Assembly (NCBI GenBank): GCA_042570465.1
Contig: JBHPGO010000002.1
Span: forward strand, 1 to 62,535
Source: Patescibacteria group bacterium
GTDB taxonomy: Bacteria; Patescibacteriota; Microgenomatia; PFEM01; JBHPGO01
Length of the DNA: 62,535 bases
Direction: 5' to 3'
Position numbers and translations under genes: made by a program. Positions within the stretch are counted from its first letter, which is position 1; every line of letters begins with the position of its first letter. This document shows, one piece after another, positions 1 to 8,877 of this stretch. Below the pieces are notes generated by a model. The model saw only the letters and a program-made list of their open reading frames with translations, did no database searches and was not told the DNA's origin.

Positions 1-768
1 AATTTTTTTAATGTTGAAACCTATCCCTAAAACTCCTAATTCTTGCTGAAAGAGCTCCACTTCATCTGTTAAAGAGCTTATTCTAGCCGCTCCATCAGGA
101 GTGGCCAACCAAACATCATCTCCATCTGCGTAAACTTTATAATTCCAATGACCTGAAAAGTCATCTATGCTGGTATGAATAAAATCCACCCGGCGAGTTT
201 CGAGATTAACCTTGTAAATTTTATGAAAAGACGGGCTAAAGGTGGATTTATCGCTTGGGTCAGTAAATTCCCAGCACGGGACGTACAAATAAGTACCAAC
301 CACCACAAGATTAGTATCGCAATTACCTATTTTGGGATCACTAAAGCTCAAAATTGACCCGGTTTTTGGATCAAACTCGACTAAAGCACCACTCCCACTC
401 AACCAAATTTTATCTTGATAATGGACAACGCCCCTCACGTTTTTGAAGTTTGGAAAATCATCAATCTCCAACTTTTCAAGAGAAATTTCGTTTAACCCAC
501 TATTTAAAAAGCCACTCTCGACTATCCAGGCTGGAGGCGGTTGGGGAGAAGGCATCGAAGGTAATGGTTGCGAAACAAAGCTTCGTCCTCTTAAATATTT
601 GCTAATAAAAAAGCCAACGACGCTAACCACTAACAAAGAGATAAAAACTCCTAAAAAAACACATTTAAATTTGTTCTTTGATGACTCGTCTTCGGGCGTT
701 GCTACCTTCTCGTTTGGCTGTGGTGGGGATGAATCTGAAGGAATAGTAGTTTCCTCATTCGTTTTCAT
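1..768 (-). CDS. hypothetical membrane-anchored protein, 3' end beyond the left window edge
   Basis: Not in the supplied track. Plus-strand triplets 1-783 in frame 1 contain no tta/cta/tca, and ATG (cat) lies at 766-768. Translation starts MKTNEETTIPSDSSPPQPNEK, has one TM helix (CVFLGVFISLLVVSVVGFFI), then a beta-rich repeat-like region (VHYQDKIWLSGSG, GDDVWLATPDG). The + ORF 443..829 is its antisense shadow. Confidence 0.6.
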   Translation of the reverse strand, partial: MKTNEETTIPSDSSPPQPNEKVATPEDESSKNKFKCVFLGVFISLLVVSVVGFFISKYLRGRSFVSQPLPSMPSPQPPPAWIVESGFLNSGLNEISLEKLEIDDFPNFKNVRGVVHYQDKIWLSGSGALVEFDPKTGSILSFSDPKIGNCDTNLVVVGTYLYVPCWEFTDPSDKSTFSPSFHKIYKVNLETRRVDFIHTSIDDFSGHWNYKVYADGDDVWLATPDGAARISSLTDEVELFQQELGVLGIGFNIKKI

Positions 769-958
769 ATTAACTTCAATATATCACACTTTTTTTGTTT
801 ATAGAAAACTGGCTGAAAAATCTAAATAGTAAAATATATTTCGTTTAACTAGGAATTATACGAACTTTTATTCCTACTACTATTGGTATTCTACTAATTA
901 TACTCAAACCTTCCTAATTTTGAAAGACTTCCACTCAAATCCTATGTCTTTATTAAAA

Positions 959-2035
959 CTATGTATATCCGTACGGGCAAGGATTAGCCGCGGCAATTAA
1001 AATAAATTCAGCTGGGTAACTGACTGTTCCCATTGCCCTGGAAATTGTCACCACCCCATCCTCCATCGGTTGCCTTAAGGATTCTAAAACATGGCGGGGA
1101 AATTCGGGAAATTCATCTAAAAACAAAACGCCTCTGTGAGCTAAGGAAATCTCTCCTGGCTTTGGCTTAGTTCCTCCACCGATTAAACCAATTCGGCTGG
1201 TAGTGTGGTGAGGTGAGCGAAAGGGTCGGCACTTGATAATCGAATTTCCTAAAGAAAGATTTCCGGTAATTGAGTAGATCTTGGTTGTCTCTAAGGCTTC
1301 ATCCTCCGTCAGATCCGGCAAAATTCCCGGCAAAGCCCTGGCAATCATTGTTTTACCCGCTCCTGGTAAACCTCGCATAAAAAGATTATGGCCACCAGCA
1401 GCCGCAATTGTCATCGCCTGCTTAGCATGCTCTTGGCCTTTGATCTCGGCCATATCAAACTCTGCCTCAACTTTGGTAATCAACGAAGAATAACTGATGT
1501 GTTTCTGGGGCTTTGCTTGGCCAGCTTCAATCAAATGATTAAAAAGAACTTGTAAAGAGTCGATCGGATAAACTTCAATCCCCTTAACAATAGCGGCTTC
1601 TTGAGAGTTAGCTCTGGGTAAAAAAACATTTTTCAACTTTTTTTGCTTGGCCAGTAAAGCCATGGGTAAAACACCGTTGGTGTGCCTCAAAGAACCATCT
1701 AAAGAAAGCTCTCCCATAAAAAGAGAGTCATCAAGACAGTCAGTGGTAATTTGCTCGGAAGCAATTAATATTCCTAAGGCAATCGGCAAATCATAGGCCG
1801 GACCTTCTTTAGGAAGATCAGCCGGGGCTAAATTGACCGTGATCCGATGTTTGGGAATCTCATTTCCGGAGTTTTTAATGGCGGTGAGAACCCTTTCCTT
1901 TGATTCTTCGACCGCCTTATCCGGAAGACCAACAATCTTGAAAGCCGGCAGGCCTCGTTTGGTGACATCAACTTCGACGATCACCGGCACACTGTCAAGT
2001 CCAACCGTAGCTCCTGATTTTACTTTAGCTAACAC
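959..2035 (-). CDS. comM: YifB/ComM family Mg-chelatase-like AAA+ ATPase, C-terminally truncated
   Basis: N-terminal Lon-like domain ([24 protein letters not shown]), Walker A GLPGAGKT, Walker [10 protein letters not shown]. It ends at [11 protein letters not shown], inside the conserved NPCPCGY motif. The sensor-2/C-terminal domain expected in family members is absent. Confidence 0.8.
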   Translation of the reverse strand: MLAKVKSGATVGLDSVPVIVEVDVTKRGLPAFKIVGLPDKAVEESKERVLTAIKNSGNEIPKHRITVNLAPADLPKEGPAYDLPIALGILIASEQITTDCLDDSLFMGELSLDGSLRHTNGVLPMALLAKQKKLKNVFLPRANSQEAAIVKGIEVYPIDSLQVLFNHLIEAGQAKPQKHISYSSLITKVEAEFDMAEIKGQEHAKQAMTIAAAGGHNLFMRGLPGAGKTMIARALPGILPDLTEDEALETTKIYSITGNLSLGNSIIKCRPFRSPHHTTSRIGLIGGGTKPKPGEISLAHRGVLFLDEFPEFPRHVLESLRQPMEDGVVTISRAMGTVSYPAEFILIAAANPCPYGYT

Positions 2036-2110
2036 TAAATCAATAATATCAGATTTATGGTTCTAAATTAAGGCTTCTTGAAACGGATTCTGAGAATTGA
2101 AAAGAAAGAA

Positions 2111-2125
2111 GCCGACCGTGTCGGC
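2111..2125 (-). terminator. weak hairpin downstream of relE
   Basis: gccgac-cgt-gtcggc stem-loop, followed on the minus strand by a T-rich run (ttctttcttttc). Confidence 0.3.
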
Positions 2126-2237
2126 CTTTGGCGAGCATTGATTAAATAGTACCAAAATTAGGGATTTTTTTCCAAAACAACTTATCTTTATTTAGCCAAT
2201 AAAGGTTGAAAAGTTCAGAATTGAATCTGGACTGAAT

Positions 2238-2504
2238 CTACTTGAGTAATTGTTTTAAGAGTCGGTAAATATCTTTACGATGACCAATTAAAACTATGTA
2301 GAGCAAGCTTTTTGTTTTTTTATAAACAATTCTATAGAAGCCAATTCTTACACGATAAATGCTTTGATACCCGGTGAGCTTCTCTTTTTGGGAAATTTTC
2401 TTGTCTTTTTTCAGGGAACGAATTTTTCGAACAATGGCAATTTGGTCAGTTTTGGGGATTTTTTTGAACTGTTTTTCAGCTCGAGGAGAAATTATCACCT
2501 TCAT
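2238..2504 (-). CDS. relE: RelE/ParE family type II toxin
   Basis: 88 aa. C-terminal KLTGYQSIYRVRIGFYRIVYK...IVLIGHRKDIYR matches the RelE/ParE signature. 4-nt overlap with the upstream antitoxin gene. Confidence 0.85.
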   Translation of the reverse strand: MKVIISPRAEKQFKKIPKTDQIAIVRKIRSLKKDKKISQKEKLTGYQSIYRVRIGFYRIVYKKTKSLLYIVLIGHRKDIYRLLKQLLK

Positions 2505-2740
2505 AGACCTAGCTCTTTAGCTACTTTCTCAAAATCTTTTCCCTTGGAAAAATCGGTTTTAGCCACCGCTGAACGGTCAATAAAATCCTCGATATAAGCC
2601 ACCATTTTCTCGTACAATTCCTTACCAACCAGGTAGGCCTTAACCTGATTCCTTTTTTCCACTGCCAAAGGATAATCAGCCGCCTGGGAAATGGCTTTGG
2701 CGGGTCGAGCCTTAAGTTGAGAAATTGAAACACTGTTCAT
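2501..2740 (-). CDS. Phd/YefM family antitoxin
   Basis: 79 aa. MNSVSISQLKARPAKAI...AVEKRNQVKAYLVGKELYEKM follows the Phd/YefM N-terminal pattern. Translationally coupled to relE. Confidence 0.75.
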   Translation of the reverse strand: MNSVSISQLKARPAKAISQAADYPLAVEKRNQVKAYLVGKELYEKMVAYIEDFIDRSAVAKTDFSKGKDFEKVAKELGL

Positions 2741-2749
2741 AATATATTT

Positions 2750-2786
2750 ATTATACCGAATAACAGGTCTCTTGTCAAGACCTGTT
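2750..2786 (-). promoter_or_regulatory. consensus sigma70-type promoter with overlapping operator palindrome for the TA operon
   Basis: Minus strand reads TTGACA (2773-2778), a 17-nt spacer, then TATAAT (2750-2755), with ATG 9 nt downstream. A 9-bp inverted repeat aacaggtct/agacctgtt (2762-2770 and 2778-2786) straddles the -35. Confidence 0.7.
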
Positions 2787-2907
2787 TATAGTCAAAAGAC
2801 GGCCAACACTACTAAGATTTAATTTCGATTGGGATTTACTTGGGTGATGTGGGAAGGTTTTTTATTATTTCAGGCACGCTCTAAGCTCAAATTTTCCTAC
2901 TGACTCT

Positions 2908-3390
2908 CTATTTTCCCGGATCAAAACTAAAGCCATGAAGTTGAGAATAATACTTAAGACCTTTGTTAACATTCTTTTTCCTTCCTTTCGTATGCCACTC
3001 ATCATTTCCAAGATACACAAGGCCAATATTGTCCAAGTAACATTTTGCTTTCTGACATAGCTGAAAAGGAGTTAAAATCTCACCTTCTTTGATTTGACAT
3101 CTGTCCATTATTCGCCTATCAACATAGTTATTAAATTCTTCCTTAAGTTTAAAGTCCTTTCTGTGATTCACCACATCGTCACAATGGCCACCCTTGAGGT
3201 GAGAACAACCATCGCAAATACTGTCATAATCAACAACAATTTTGATTTTAAGTTTGGGATTAGAGCGAATCAGTTGGGCAATTCTATGGAACGAATGGCC
3301 ATCAGGATGAGGTTCAATTTTCTTTCCAACTCCAAAATCCCGAATTACATCGTAAAAATGATGAACCCTAAGCCTAACTGATTTATCCAT
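2908..3390 (-). CDS. DUF1284-like cysteine-rich protein
   Basis: 160 aa. LRVHHFYDV start and the ICDGCSHLKGGHCDD cysteine cluster resemble the DUF1284 pattern (LRGHH ... C..C ... C). Confidence 0.5.
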   Translation of the reverse strand: MDKSVRLRVHHFYDVIRDFGVGKKIEPHPDGHSFHRIAQLIRSNPKLKIKIVVDYDSICDGCSHLKGGHCDDVVNHRKDFKLKEEFNNYVDRRIMDRCQIKEGEILTPFQLCQKAKCYLDNIGLVYLGNDEWHTKGRKKNVNKGLKYYSQLHGFSFDPGK

Positions 3391-3479
3391 ACCCCTATTC
3401 TACTAAATACACTCTTTGGGGAAAACTAAAGATACCCATGAAGCTCAAATCTTCCCATTAACTTCTTAATCAGTTAAAT

Positions 3480-3521
3480 CCTTTAAATTAGATGCCACGA
3501 TCGTGGGATGTATTTTAAAGG
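3480..3521. repeat. nested-palindrome repeat, copy 1 of 2
   Basis: cctttaaattagat-gccacgatcgtggg-atgtattttaaagg. The loop holds the perfect palindrome ccacgatcgtgg. Second copy at 61199-61240. Confidence 0.8.
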
Positions 3522-3715
3522 ATTGGTGGGTGATTAATATCAAATTACTATTAATAACTTAAATATCGCTCATGCCTAACTTGCTTCTATGAATTAATTC
3601 ATTAATACAAAAGAAAGGCCATAAAATAATTGAATGAGATTGGCGGACTCGATAAATAATTATGAGAGAAAGGAACAAGTGTCTACCTACTTCAAATTCC
3701 TCGTCCCAACTCGAT

Positions 3716-3760
3716 TCGACTCGCGTCGAAGCGGGTCGACCCGAGGCGAACCTAAGTCAC
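3716..3760. repeat. ACCTAAGTCAC-type structured repeat
   Basis: tcgactcgcgtcga...gggtcgacccgaggcgaacctaagtcac is closely similar to 5798-5830. Confidence 0.7.
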
Positions 3761-3778
3761 TCAAGAAGTGGAAATATC

Positions 3779-4156
3779 TTAAAATATTTTCTGCTTGTGG
3801 CTTGCTACTGAACCAACTTTTATCAACTGATCAATCTCCCTTAATGACTCTTGAGTTAGCTTAATATAGTTCCTTTTCCCACCAAAGGCTCCATGAGTAC
3901 TTTCAAGAATAAAGTACTGATTAGCCCCATCAGAGCACTGATACAATTCCAATCTTTGCTTAACACTGATACCAATCCTGGTTTTGAAATGAGTCGAGGA
4001 AATTTTTCCCAAGAGAGCTACCTCTTTAGCACCAGTCATTAGCCTGATAACTGAGCGTCTTCCCTTCCTGGTGAAGAATAGAAAAATGAAGAATATTGAA
4101 AATAATATAATAAAAACAGAAAAAAAGGTGGAAACTGTATCAATCCCTTCAAACAT
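3779..4156 (-). CDS. hypothetical membrane-anchored protein
   Basis: 125 aa ORF with an N-terminal TM helix (TFFSVFIILFSIFFIFLFF). No recognisable family. Confidence 0.45.
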   Translation of the reverse strand: MFEGIDTVSTFFSVFIILFSIFFIFLFFTRKGRRSVIRLMTGAKEVALLGKISSTHFKTRIGISVKQRLELYQCSDGANQYFILESTHGAFGGKRNYIKLTQESLREIDQLIKVGSVASHKQKIF

Positions 4157-4187
4157 AGCTAAATTCTAACAGAAAAGCTCAACTATA

Positions 4188-4403
4188 TTAAATCAATAAA
4201 TCCACAACTGGCTGAATGTCAAGATAAGTTTCATGATAACCACTCCCTGAAGGTGAATCGGTCATTCTCTGATAATACTCTGTTGCCCAAACTAGCTCTT
4301 CATTAAATAAACACAATATTGTTGGACCATGTGTTGCCCCACCGTCAAGTGAGGCTTGTTCTGGTGAAGATAAACCAAACAATGCTCTTTCACTAAAGCT
4401 CAT
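4188..4403 (-). CDS. hypothetical small protein
   Basis: 71 aa ORF. No recognisable motifs; possibly a gene remnant. Confidence 0.25.
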   Translation of the reverse strand: MSFSERALFGLSSPEQASLDGGATHGPTILCLFNEELVWATEYYQRMTDSPSGSGYHETYLDIQPVVDLLI

Positions 4404-4633
4404 ATAAAAAAATATTATACTATAAATTCAGCATATAAGAGAAAATATTATTCTAGATCCTCTTTGCTCACTGACAATATTCTAACATTGAAATCCAACC
4501 CTTGGGTTAAAAAAGTCATCTTCTTGCAACTGAGAAAATAATATCTTATGATCTACATATAGACAGTAACTTTATTTTTGATATATTTTAAAGTAGACTG
4601 AAAGTGGTTAAAAAATTTAATTAGTAAAAAAAA

Positions 4634-5698
4634 ATGCCTGCCAAGTCAAAGAAAAAGAAATCACCCCGATTTAAGCTTCCTAAAATTGGTCTGACTAAAA
4701 ACCTAAAAATTCTTCTTGTTGTCCTCACAATTTGTACTCTTTTGGGCGGCTTAATCTCCGGAGCTTTAGTTGTCCGAAAAATTATGGCCCCAAGATGCAG
4801 TGAATGCGAAGGGATGATTACTGAAATGACAATGGAATATACCGGAGAAAGACCGGCCAAGGTCAAGGTAGTTCAAAAATCAGATGAGGCGACAGTTTTT
4901 GATGAAACAGTTGAGCCAGGTAAAGAATTCACCTTTAAAGGAACCTGGGACCAGGGAACCTTATCAAACACAATCTCGATTTACACTGATGACCAAATTC
5001 ACACCGTAATTGACACCAGCTGTTCTGACTCAAGAGTCGCCCCGGGTGCCATCTTCGGCAATTTTAAAATCGTCGCCGCCAAAAGCAAGCTGGGGGGAAA
5101 TATTTGCCAAATACCCGAAATTATCTGCCAACAACCACCGGATTTACACTGCCCAGACGGAGGCGAAAAACACGACTCTGGTAGCGGCTCGGTTGAAAAA
5201 AACGGCGTGACAATTTCTTGGAGCGAAAAAACAGTCACTGTTAGTGGTGGAACAGCCACTTTCTGTGTCAAAGCCTCAGTCAGCAACAGCGACAAGGTCA
5301 CCATCACTAATAGTTCTTGGACAGTTGATTGGAAAAATAAAAGCGAGCAAACTCCCAACATCAGCTATCTTGTCGTTTATGAGGCTGGACCCGAGTCCAC
5401 CCCAACGCCAACTTCAACTCCCGAGTCCACCCCAACGCCGACAAACACTCCAACCCCAACGCCAACCGGTACCCCTGGCCCAACCGGTACCCCAACGCCA
5501 ACCTCAACCCCGACGCCGACGGGGACTCCAGTACCGTCTTCAACACCAACCCCAACACCGACCATTAGCCCTGCTTTTGCCGGAGATGGAGACCAACTAC
5601 CCTTGGCCGGCAATAGAGAAACAATCACCTTTTCAATCCTTGGATTACTTCTCTTCCTCTTTGGTGGTTTAACCCTCTTTCTCCCAAGGCGGGAATAA
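4634..5698 (+). CDS. secreted surface protein with Pro/Thr-rich linker and LPXTG-like sorting signal
   Basis: N-terminal signal anchor and a Cys-containing globular region. A roughly 60-aa PT-rich linker ([27 protein letters not shown]...). C-terminal LPLAGN, hydrophobic helix and PRRE tail. Confidence 0.75.
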   Translation: MPAKSKKKKSPRFKLPKIGLTKNLKILLVVLTICTLLGGLISGALVVRKIMAPRCSECEGMITEMTMEYTGERPAKVKVVQKSDEATVFDETVEPGKEFTFKGTWDQGTLSNTISIYTDDQIHTVIDTSCSDSRVAPGAIFGNFKIVAAKSKLGGNICQIPEIICQQPPDLHCPDGGEKHDSGSGSVEKNGVTISWSEKTVTVSGGTATFCVKASVSNSDKVTITNSSWTVDWKNKSEQTPNISYLVVYEAGPESTPTPTSTPESTPTPTNTPTPTPTGTPGPTGTPTPTSTPTPTGTPVPSSTPTPTPTISPAFAGDGDQLPLAGNRETITFSILGLLLFLFGGLTLFLPRRE

Positions 5699-5751
5699 AA
5701 TAAGCAATTCACTCCCAAAACTAAAGAATACTCTATAAAACTGATAATATC

Positions 5752-5896
5752 CCAGGGGTGTCAACCTAAGTCACCCCTGGGGTGGAAAAGGTGGCGTCTC
5801 GACTCGGGTCGATCCGAGGCGGACCTAAGTCACCCCCGCCAAAAACTCACTTTGTTCGTATTCAGGCAGGCAGGCCCTGGGGTGGAAAAGGTGGCG
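5752..5896. repeat. composite GC-rich repeat block
   Basis: Hairpin ccaggggtg-tcaacctaagt-cacccctgg. 22-nt direct repeat ccctggggtggaaaaggtggcg at 5775-5796 and 5875-5896. Palindrome tcgactcgggtcga. Hairpin ggcgg-acctaagtcaccc-ccgcc. Confidence 0.8.
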
Positions 5897-5926
5897 ACAA
5901 TTGAAAAGAGATGATAAAATGGTCAA

Positions 5927-6820
5927 ATGGCTCAAATTAAAAAAGGCGTCATTGCTCTGGCCGGCTTAACTTCTCGCTTTTTACCAGCTAGTAAAGGTTG
6001 CCCAAAAGGTTTAGTTCCGGTCCTAGACAAACCAGTCATCCACTATTTGGTGGAAGAGTTTATGGGAGCTGGTATCAATCAAATTTGTATCATCTACTCC
6101 CATGGCGACCCCAGAATTAAAAGATATTTTACTCCAGATGCCAATTTGCAAAAAGCCCTTAAAAATGGCAACAAGCTTCATTTGCTTGACAGCTTAAAAA
6201 CAATTCAAAAAAAAGTTGAATTTAAATTTATCCCCCAGCCCAGAAAACGATTGCCCTACGGCAACGGGACGCCAGTTTTAGTGGCTAAATCATTTATTGG
6301 CCAGGATTCTTTTGTTTATGCCTTTGGTGATGATATGGTTATTGAAGATAAACCAGGCCAATATTTGGCTGAAATGATTGAAATTTTTGAGAAATTTCGG
6401 CCGACAGTTGTTCTTGGCGCCCAAGAAGTACCCTGGGAAGAAATTCATCTGTACGCCAGTATCAAATACGCTCAAGATTCAAAATATCCCCACCGCGTAG
6501 AGATTATGACAGAAAAATTACCAGCCAATAAAGCCCATTCAAATATCGCCCAGGTCGGCAGATTTGTGTATTCCCCTCGGATAATTGAAGTTTTAGCAAG
6601 TTTACCAACCAGTAAAAAAGGCAGTCAAATTCCCGAACTTTGGTTATCCGATGCCAATGAATATTTGGCAGAAAATGAAATCGCCATCGCCCAACCGATC
6701 AAAAACGGCCTCTGGATCACCACCGGCGATCCTTTGCGTTGGCTCAAGGCAAATCTGGCCCTGGCTTACAAAAATAAAAAATTTAAAAATGAACTTCAGC
6801 AATTTTTAAAAACTATCTGA
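5927..6820 (+). CDS. galU: UTP-glucose-1-phosphate uridylyltransferase-like nucleotidyltransferase
   Basis: GVIALAGLTSRFLPASKGCPKGLVPVLDKPVIHYLVEE parallels the GalU motif AAGLGTRFLPATK..PKEMLP.VDKP.IQY.VEE. The glycine-rich loop is divergent. Confidence 0.7.
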   Translation: MAQIKKGVIALAGLTSRFLPASKGCPKGLVPVLDKPVIHYLVEEFMGAGINQICIIYSHGDPRIKRYFTPDANLQKALKNGNKLHLLDSLKTIQKKVEFKFIPQPRKRLPYGNGTPVLVAKSFIGQDSFVYAFGDDMVIEDKPGQYLAEMIEIFEKFRPTVVLGAQEVPWEEIHLYASIKYAQDSKYPHRVEIMTEKLPANKAHSNIAQVGRFVYSPRIIEVLASLPTSKKGSQIPELWLSDANEYLAENEIAIAQPIKNGLWITTGDPLRWLKANLALAYKNKKFKNELQQFLKTI

Positions 6821-6882
6821 ATTGTTTGACAAGTCTCCAAAAAAAAATTACCAAGAAAATAAATATTTTATAAATTAACACT

Positions 6883-7344
6883 ATGAAAAGCAGTCGAAAA
6901 AAAATCCTTTTGAAAGAACTAAGCTCAGAAATTAAAAAATCCAAAATTACAGCTCTTTCAAGTCGAGAAACCGCCAAGGATTTTAGACGAGCTTCCAGGT
7001 CACAGCAAGGTGATCGGCGCCTTTATGAAAATGCCGCTGATTTGGCCGAAAGCAAGCACGAAGAGCTTCTGGAGTTTCAAAAAGAACTGACCCAAATTTC
7101 AGAAACTGAATCAAAAACAGTCACTCCTTTTTCATACGTTGAGATTAAATATGATGATGGCCAAGTTGGGCAATTATATTTCACCCCTAAACGAGTTCAG
7201 CTCCAAAACCTGTTTTTAGTTTCTCAGGAATCTCCCTTGGGAAAAGCTATCATGAACAAAAAACTTAAGGACAAATTTTCTTTTGAAATTCCCAGAGGCG
7301 AACAAGTAACCAAGGTTTCGGGGCTGATTCTTAAGATCGAATAA
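6883..7344 (+). CDS. greA: GreA/GreB family transcription elongation factor-like
   Basis: Coiled-coil N-terminus. The C-terminal domain carries SQESPLGKAIMNKKLKDKFSFEIPRG, matching the IS..SPLG.ALLGKK.GD pattern. Confidence 0.6.
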   Translation: MKSSRKKILLKELSSEIKKSKITALSSRETAKDFRRASRSQQGDRRLYENAADLAESKHEELLEFQKELTQISETESKTVTPFSYVEIKYDDGQVGQLYFTPKRVQLQNLFLVSQESPLGKAIMNKKLKDKFSFEIPRGEQVTKVSGLILKIE

Positions 7345-7363
7345 AAAAAACCTTAACTTCAAA

Positions 7364-8053
7364 CTAAAAACTATCAGGCAGTGATTCCTCGTCACGACAA
7401 AGAAGGCAAATCTCTTTCACTTTACCAAGATCCTTGATGGTGATGATCTTTCTTGAAGAAAAGATCAAATTCTTTCTCTCCAGCTTCTTAATTTCCAGAC
7501 TGGTTGACTCCCGAGTCAAGCCGGCCAAATCAGCGATTGACTGGTGGGTCAGAGGTAAATTTATTTCAACTAAGTCGTCCTTATTTTTTTGACCAAACCT
7601 TTTGGCCATCATCACCAAAACTGAACTTACCCGCTGAGCGGCGTTTCCAAAAAGCAAATACTCGGTCCGAGTCAAAAAACCATCTAAACCAATTAAGATT
7701 CTTTCGGTGAAATGCCTTAAAATACCTGGCTGATCTTCCAAGAAGTTTAAAAAAATGTTCTTGGGCACCAATTTAACCTTGATGATTGTCATTGCCTCGA
7801 AAAAATATCCATTAGGCCTTCTCCCAATCGCCCAAGTCAAAGGGAAAAGAGAACCTGGTTTGAAAATATTGAGGGTTAATTCTTTTCCTTCCGGAGAAAT
7901 GGCGTAAAGCCGAACATAACCTTTTTCAAGATAAAATATTCCTCGTGGCTCCTCTTGAGCGTTTATTAAAACTTGATTTTTTTGATAAGAACGAGAAGTA
8001 AATGTTTTTAAAAACTTATCTAGTTTAGTAAAAGCTGAGCTTTTATCCATCAT
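7364..8053 (-). CDS. Crp/Fnr family transcriptional regulator
   Basis: cNMP-binding-like beta-roll (RGIFYLEKGYVRLY). C-terminal HTH (LTHQSIADLAGLTRESTSLEIKKLERKNLI). Confidence 0.8.
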   Translation of the reverse strand: MMDKSSAFTKLDKFLKTFTSRSYQKNQVLINAQEEPRGIFYLEKGYVRLYAISPEGKELTLNIFKPGSLFPLTWAIGRRPNGYFFEAMTIIKVKLVPKNIFLNFLEDQPGILRHFTERILIGLDGFLTRTEYLLFGNAAQRVSSVLVMMAKRFGQKNKDDLVEINLPLTHQSIADLAGLTRESTSLEIKKLERKNLIFSSRKIITIKDLGKVKEICLLCRDEESLPDSF

Positions 8054-8089
8054 GAGAAGTATTTTACAGTAGTTCTAGACTAATTTAAA

Positions 8090-8284
8090 CTAACTTTTTA
8101 GCTTAACTTCTCGTGAGCCACAATGTCGACACTTGAAAGCGTCCTGACCTAAAAAACACTGGGGACAAACATAAGCCCCCTTTACCTTTGACAAATCTTT
8201 CTGATGGCAAACGTTACAAAGAAAGCTCACCTCTTCCTGCTTTAGAGGACCGTCTTGCGGACATTCAAAAAGTAATTTTTTCAT
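8090..8284 (-). CDS. small zinc-ribbon protein
   Basis: 64 aa with CPQDG, CNVCH, CPQC and CRHCG cysteine pairs. Confidence 0.55.
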   Translation of the reverse strand: MKKLLFECPQDGPLKQEEVSFLCNVCHQKDLSKVKGAYVCPQCFLGQDAFKCRHCGSREVKLKS

Positions 8285-8332
8285 TATTCAATTTAAACAA
8301 ATTTATTAAAATCATTCTGTAATTAAAATCAC

Positions 8333-8364
8333 AAAAAACCGGAGCTTTTCAAAAAAAACTCCGG
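8333..8364 (-). terminator. rho-independent terminator after the small-peptide genes
   Basis: ccggag(c)tttt / aaaactccgg stem, followed on the minus strand by TTTTTT (8333-8338). Confidence 0.5.
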
Positions 8365-8391
8365 CTAATAACTGAGACTAAATTGAATTAA

Positions 8392-8508
8392 TTAAAACAG
8401 GGGTAATAAATCCCAAACAGCCACCAAGGCCATCCCAACACAAGAACCAACTACAAAAATGGCGGCTAATTTGATCCAATCCACCCATTCATTCTTATTT
8501 TTCGCCAA
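8392..8508 (-). CDS. small single-TM peptide (38 aa), paralogue 1
   Basis: Not in the track. GGGGGTGAAATAAT then TTG start. Translation (M)AKNKNEWVDWIKLAAIFVVGSCVGMALVAVWDLLPLF, TAA stop at 8392-8394. Confidence 0.55.
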   Translation of the reverse strand: MAKNKNEWVDWIKLAAIFVVGSCVGMALVAVWDLLPLF

Positions 8509-8602
8509 ATTATTTCACCCCCTTTAATCTACTAATAATTATCAAGTCAGAATCAAAGATTCTTGCTCAGGTCGACAGTCATTCCCAAGTCATAAAAAAA
8601 TA

Positions 8603-8737
8603 TTACCCGACAAAACCAGCTCCAAAATGAGCCATATCCCAAACAGCTACTAAAGCCATCCCCAAACAAGCTCCAACCACAAAAATTGCTCCAACTTTTG
8701 TCCAATCCACCCAATCCCATTCCTTTTTATTCACCAA
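8603..8737 (-). CDS. small single-TM peptide (44 aa), paralogue 2
   Basis: Not in the track. GGGGGTGAAATA then TTG/GTG start. Translation (M)VNKKEWDWVDWTKVGAIFVVGACLGMALVAVWDMAHFGAGFVG. Shares the core WVDW.K..AIFVVG.C.GMALVAVWD with paralogue 1. Confidence 0.55.
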   Translation of the reverse strand: MVNKKEWDWVDWTKVGAIFVVGACLGMALVAVWDMAHFGAGFVG

Positions 8738-8877
8738 TATTTCACCCCCTCTCTTTGTTCTTCAAACAAAGACAATAACTACCTTTCAAGTTATCAAAAA
8801 TTTACTCCCCTTGTCAACAAGACAAAGCCATTTTGGACTTAGCTGATGACTTCAGCTGTATCTTATTATTTCGTGGT

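Noticed and set aside
443-829. Track ORF 443..829 (+), 128 aa.
   Set aside because: It is the antisense shadow of a longer, protein-like minus-strand frame that is open from 783 to the window edge. Its translation is low-complexity and not protein-like.
4999-5718. Several overlapping ORFs (4999..5361 -, 5244..5672 +, 5361..5558 -, 5377..5718 -) inside the surface-protein gene.
   Set aside because: They are alternative-frame or antisense readings of the Pro/Thr-rich linker DNA. Repetitive ACN/CCN codons keep all frames open. Only the 4634..5698 frame has a signal anchor and a sorting signal.
3716-5896. Considered tRNA genes or tRNA fragments in the GC-rich repeats (ggtcgacccgaggcg, gggtcgatccgaggcgg).
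   Set aside because: No cloverleaf can be drawn. There is no GTTCRANYC T-loop, no anticodon stem at the right spacing and no acceptor pairing.
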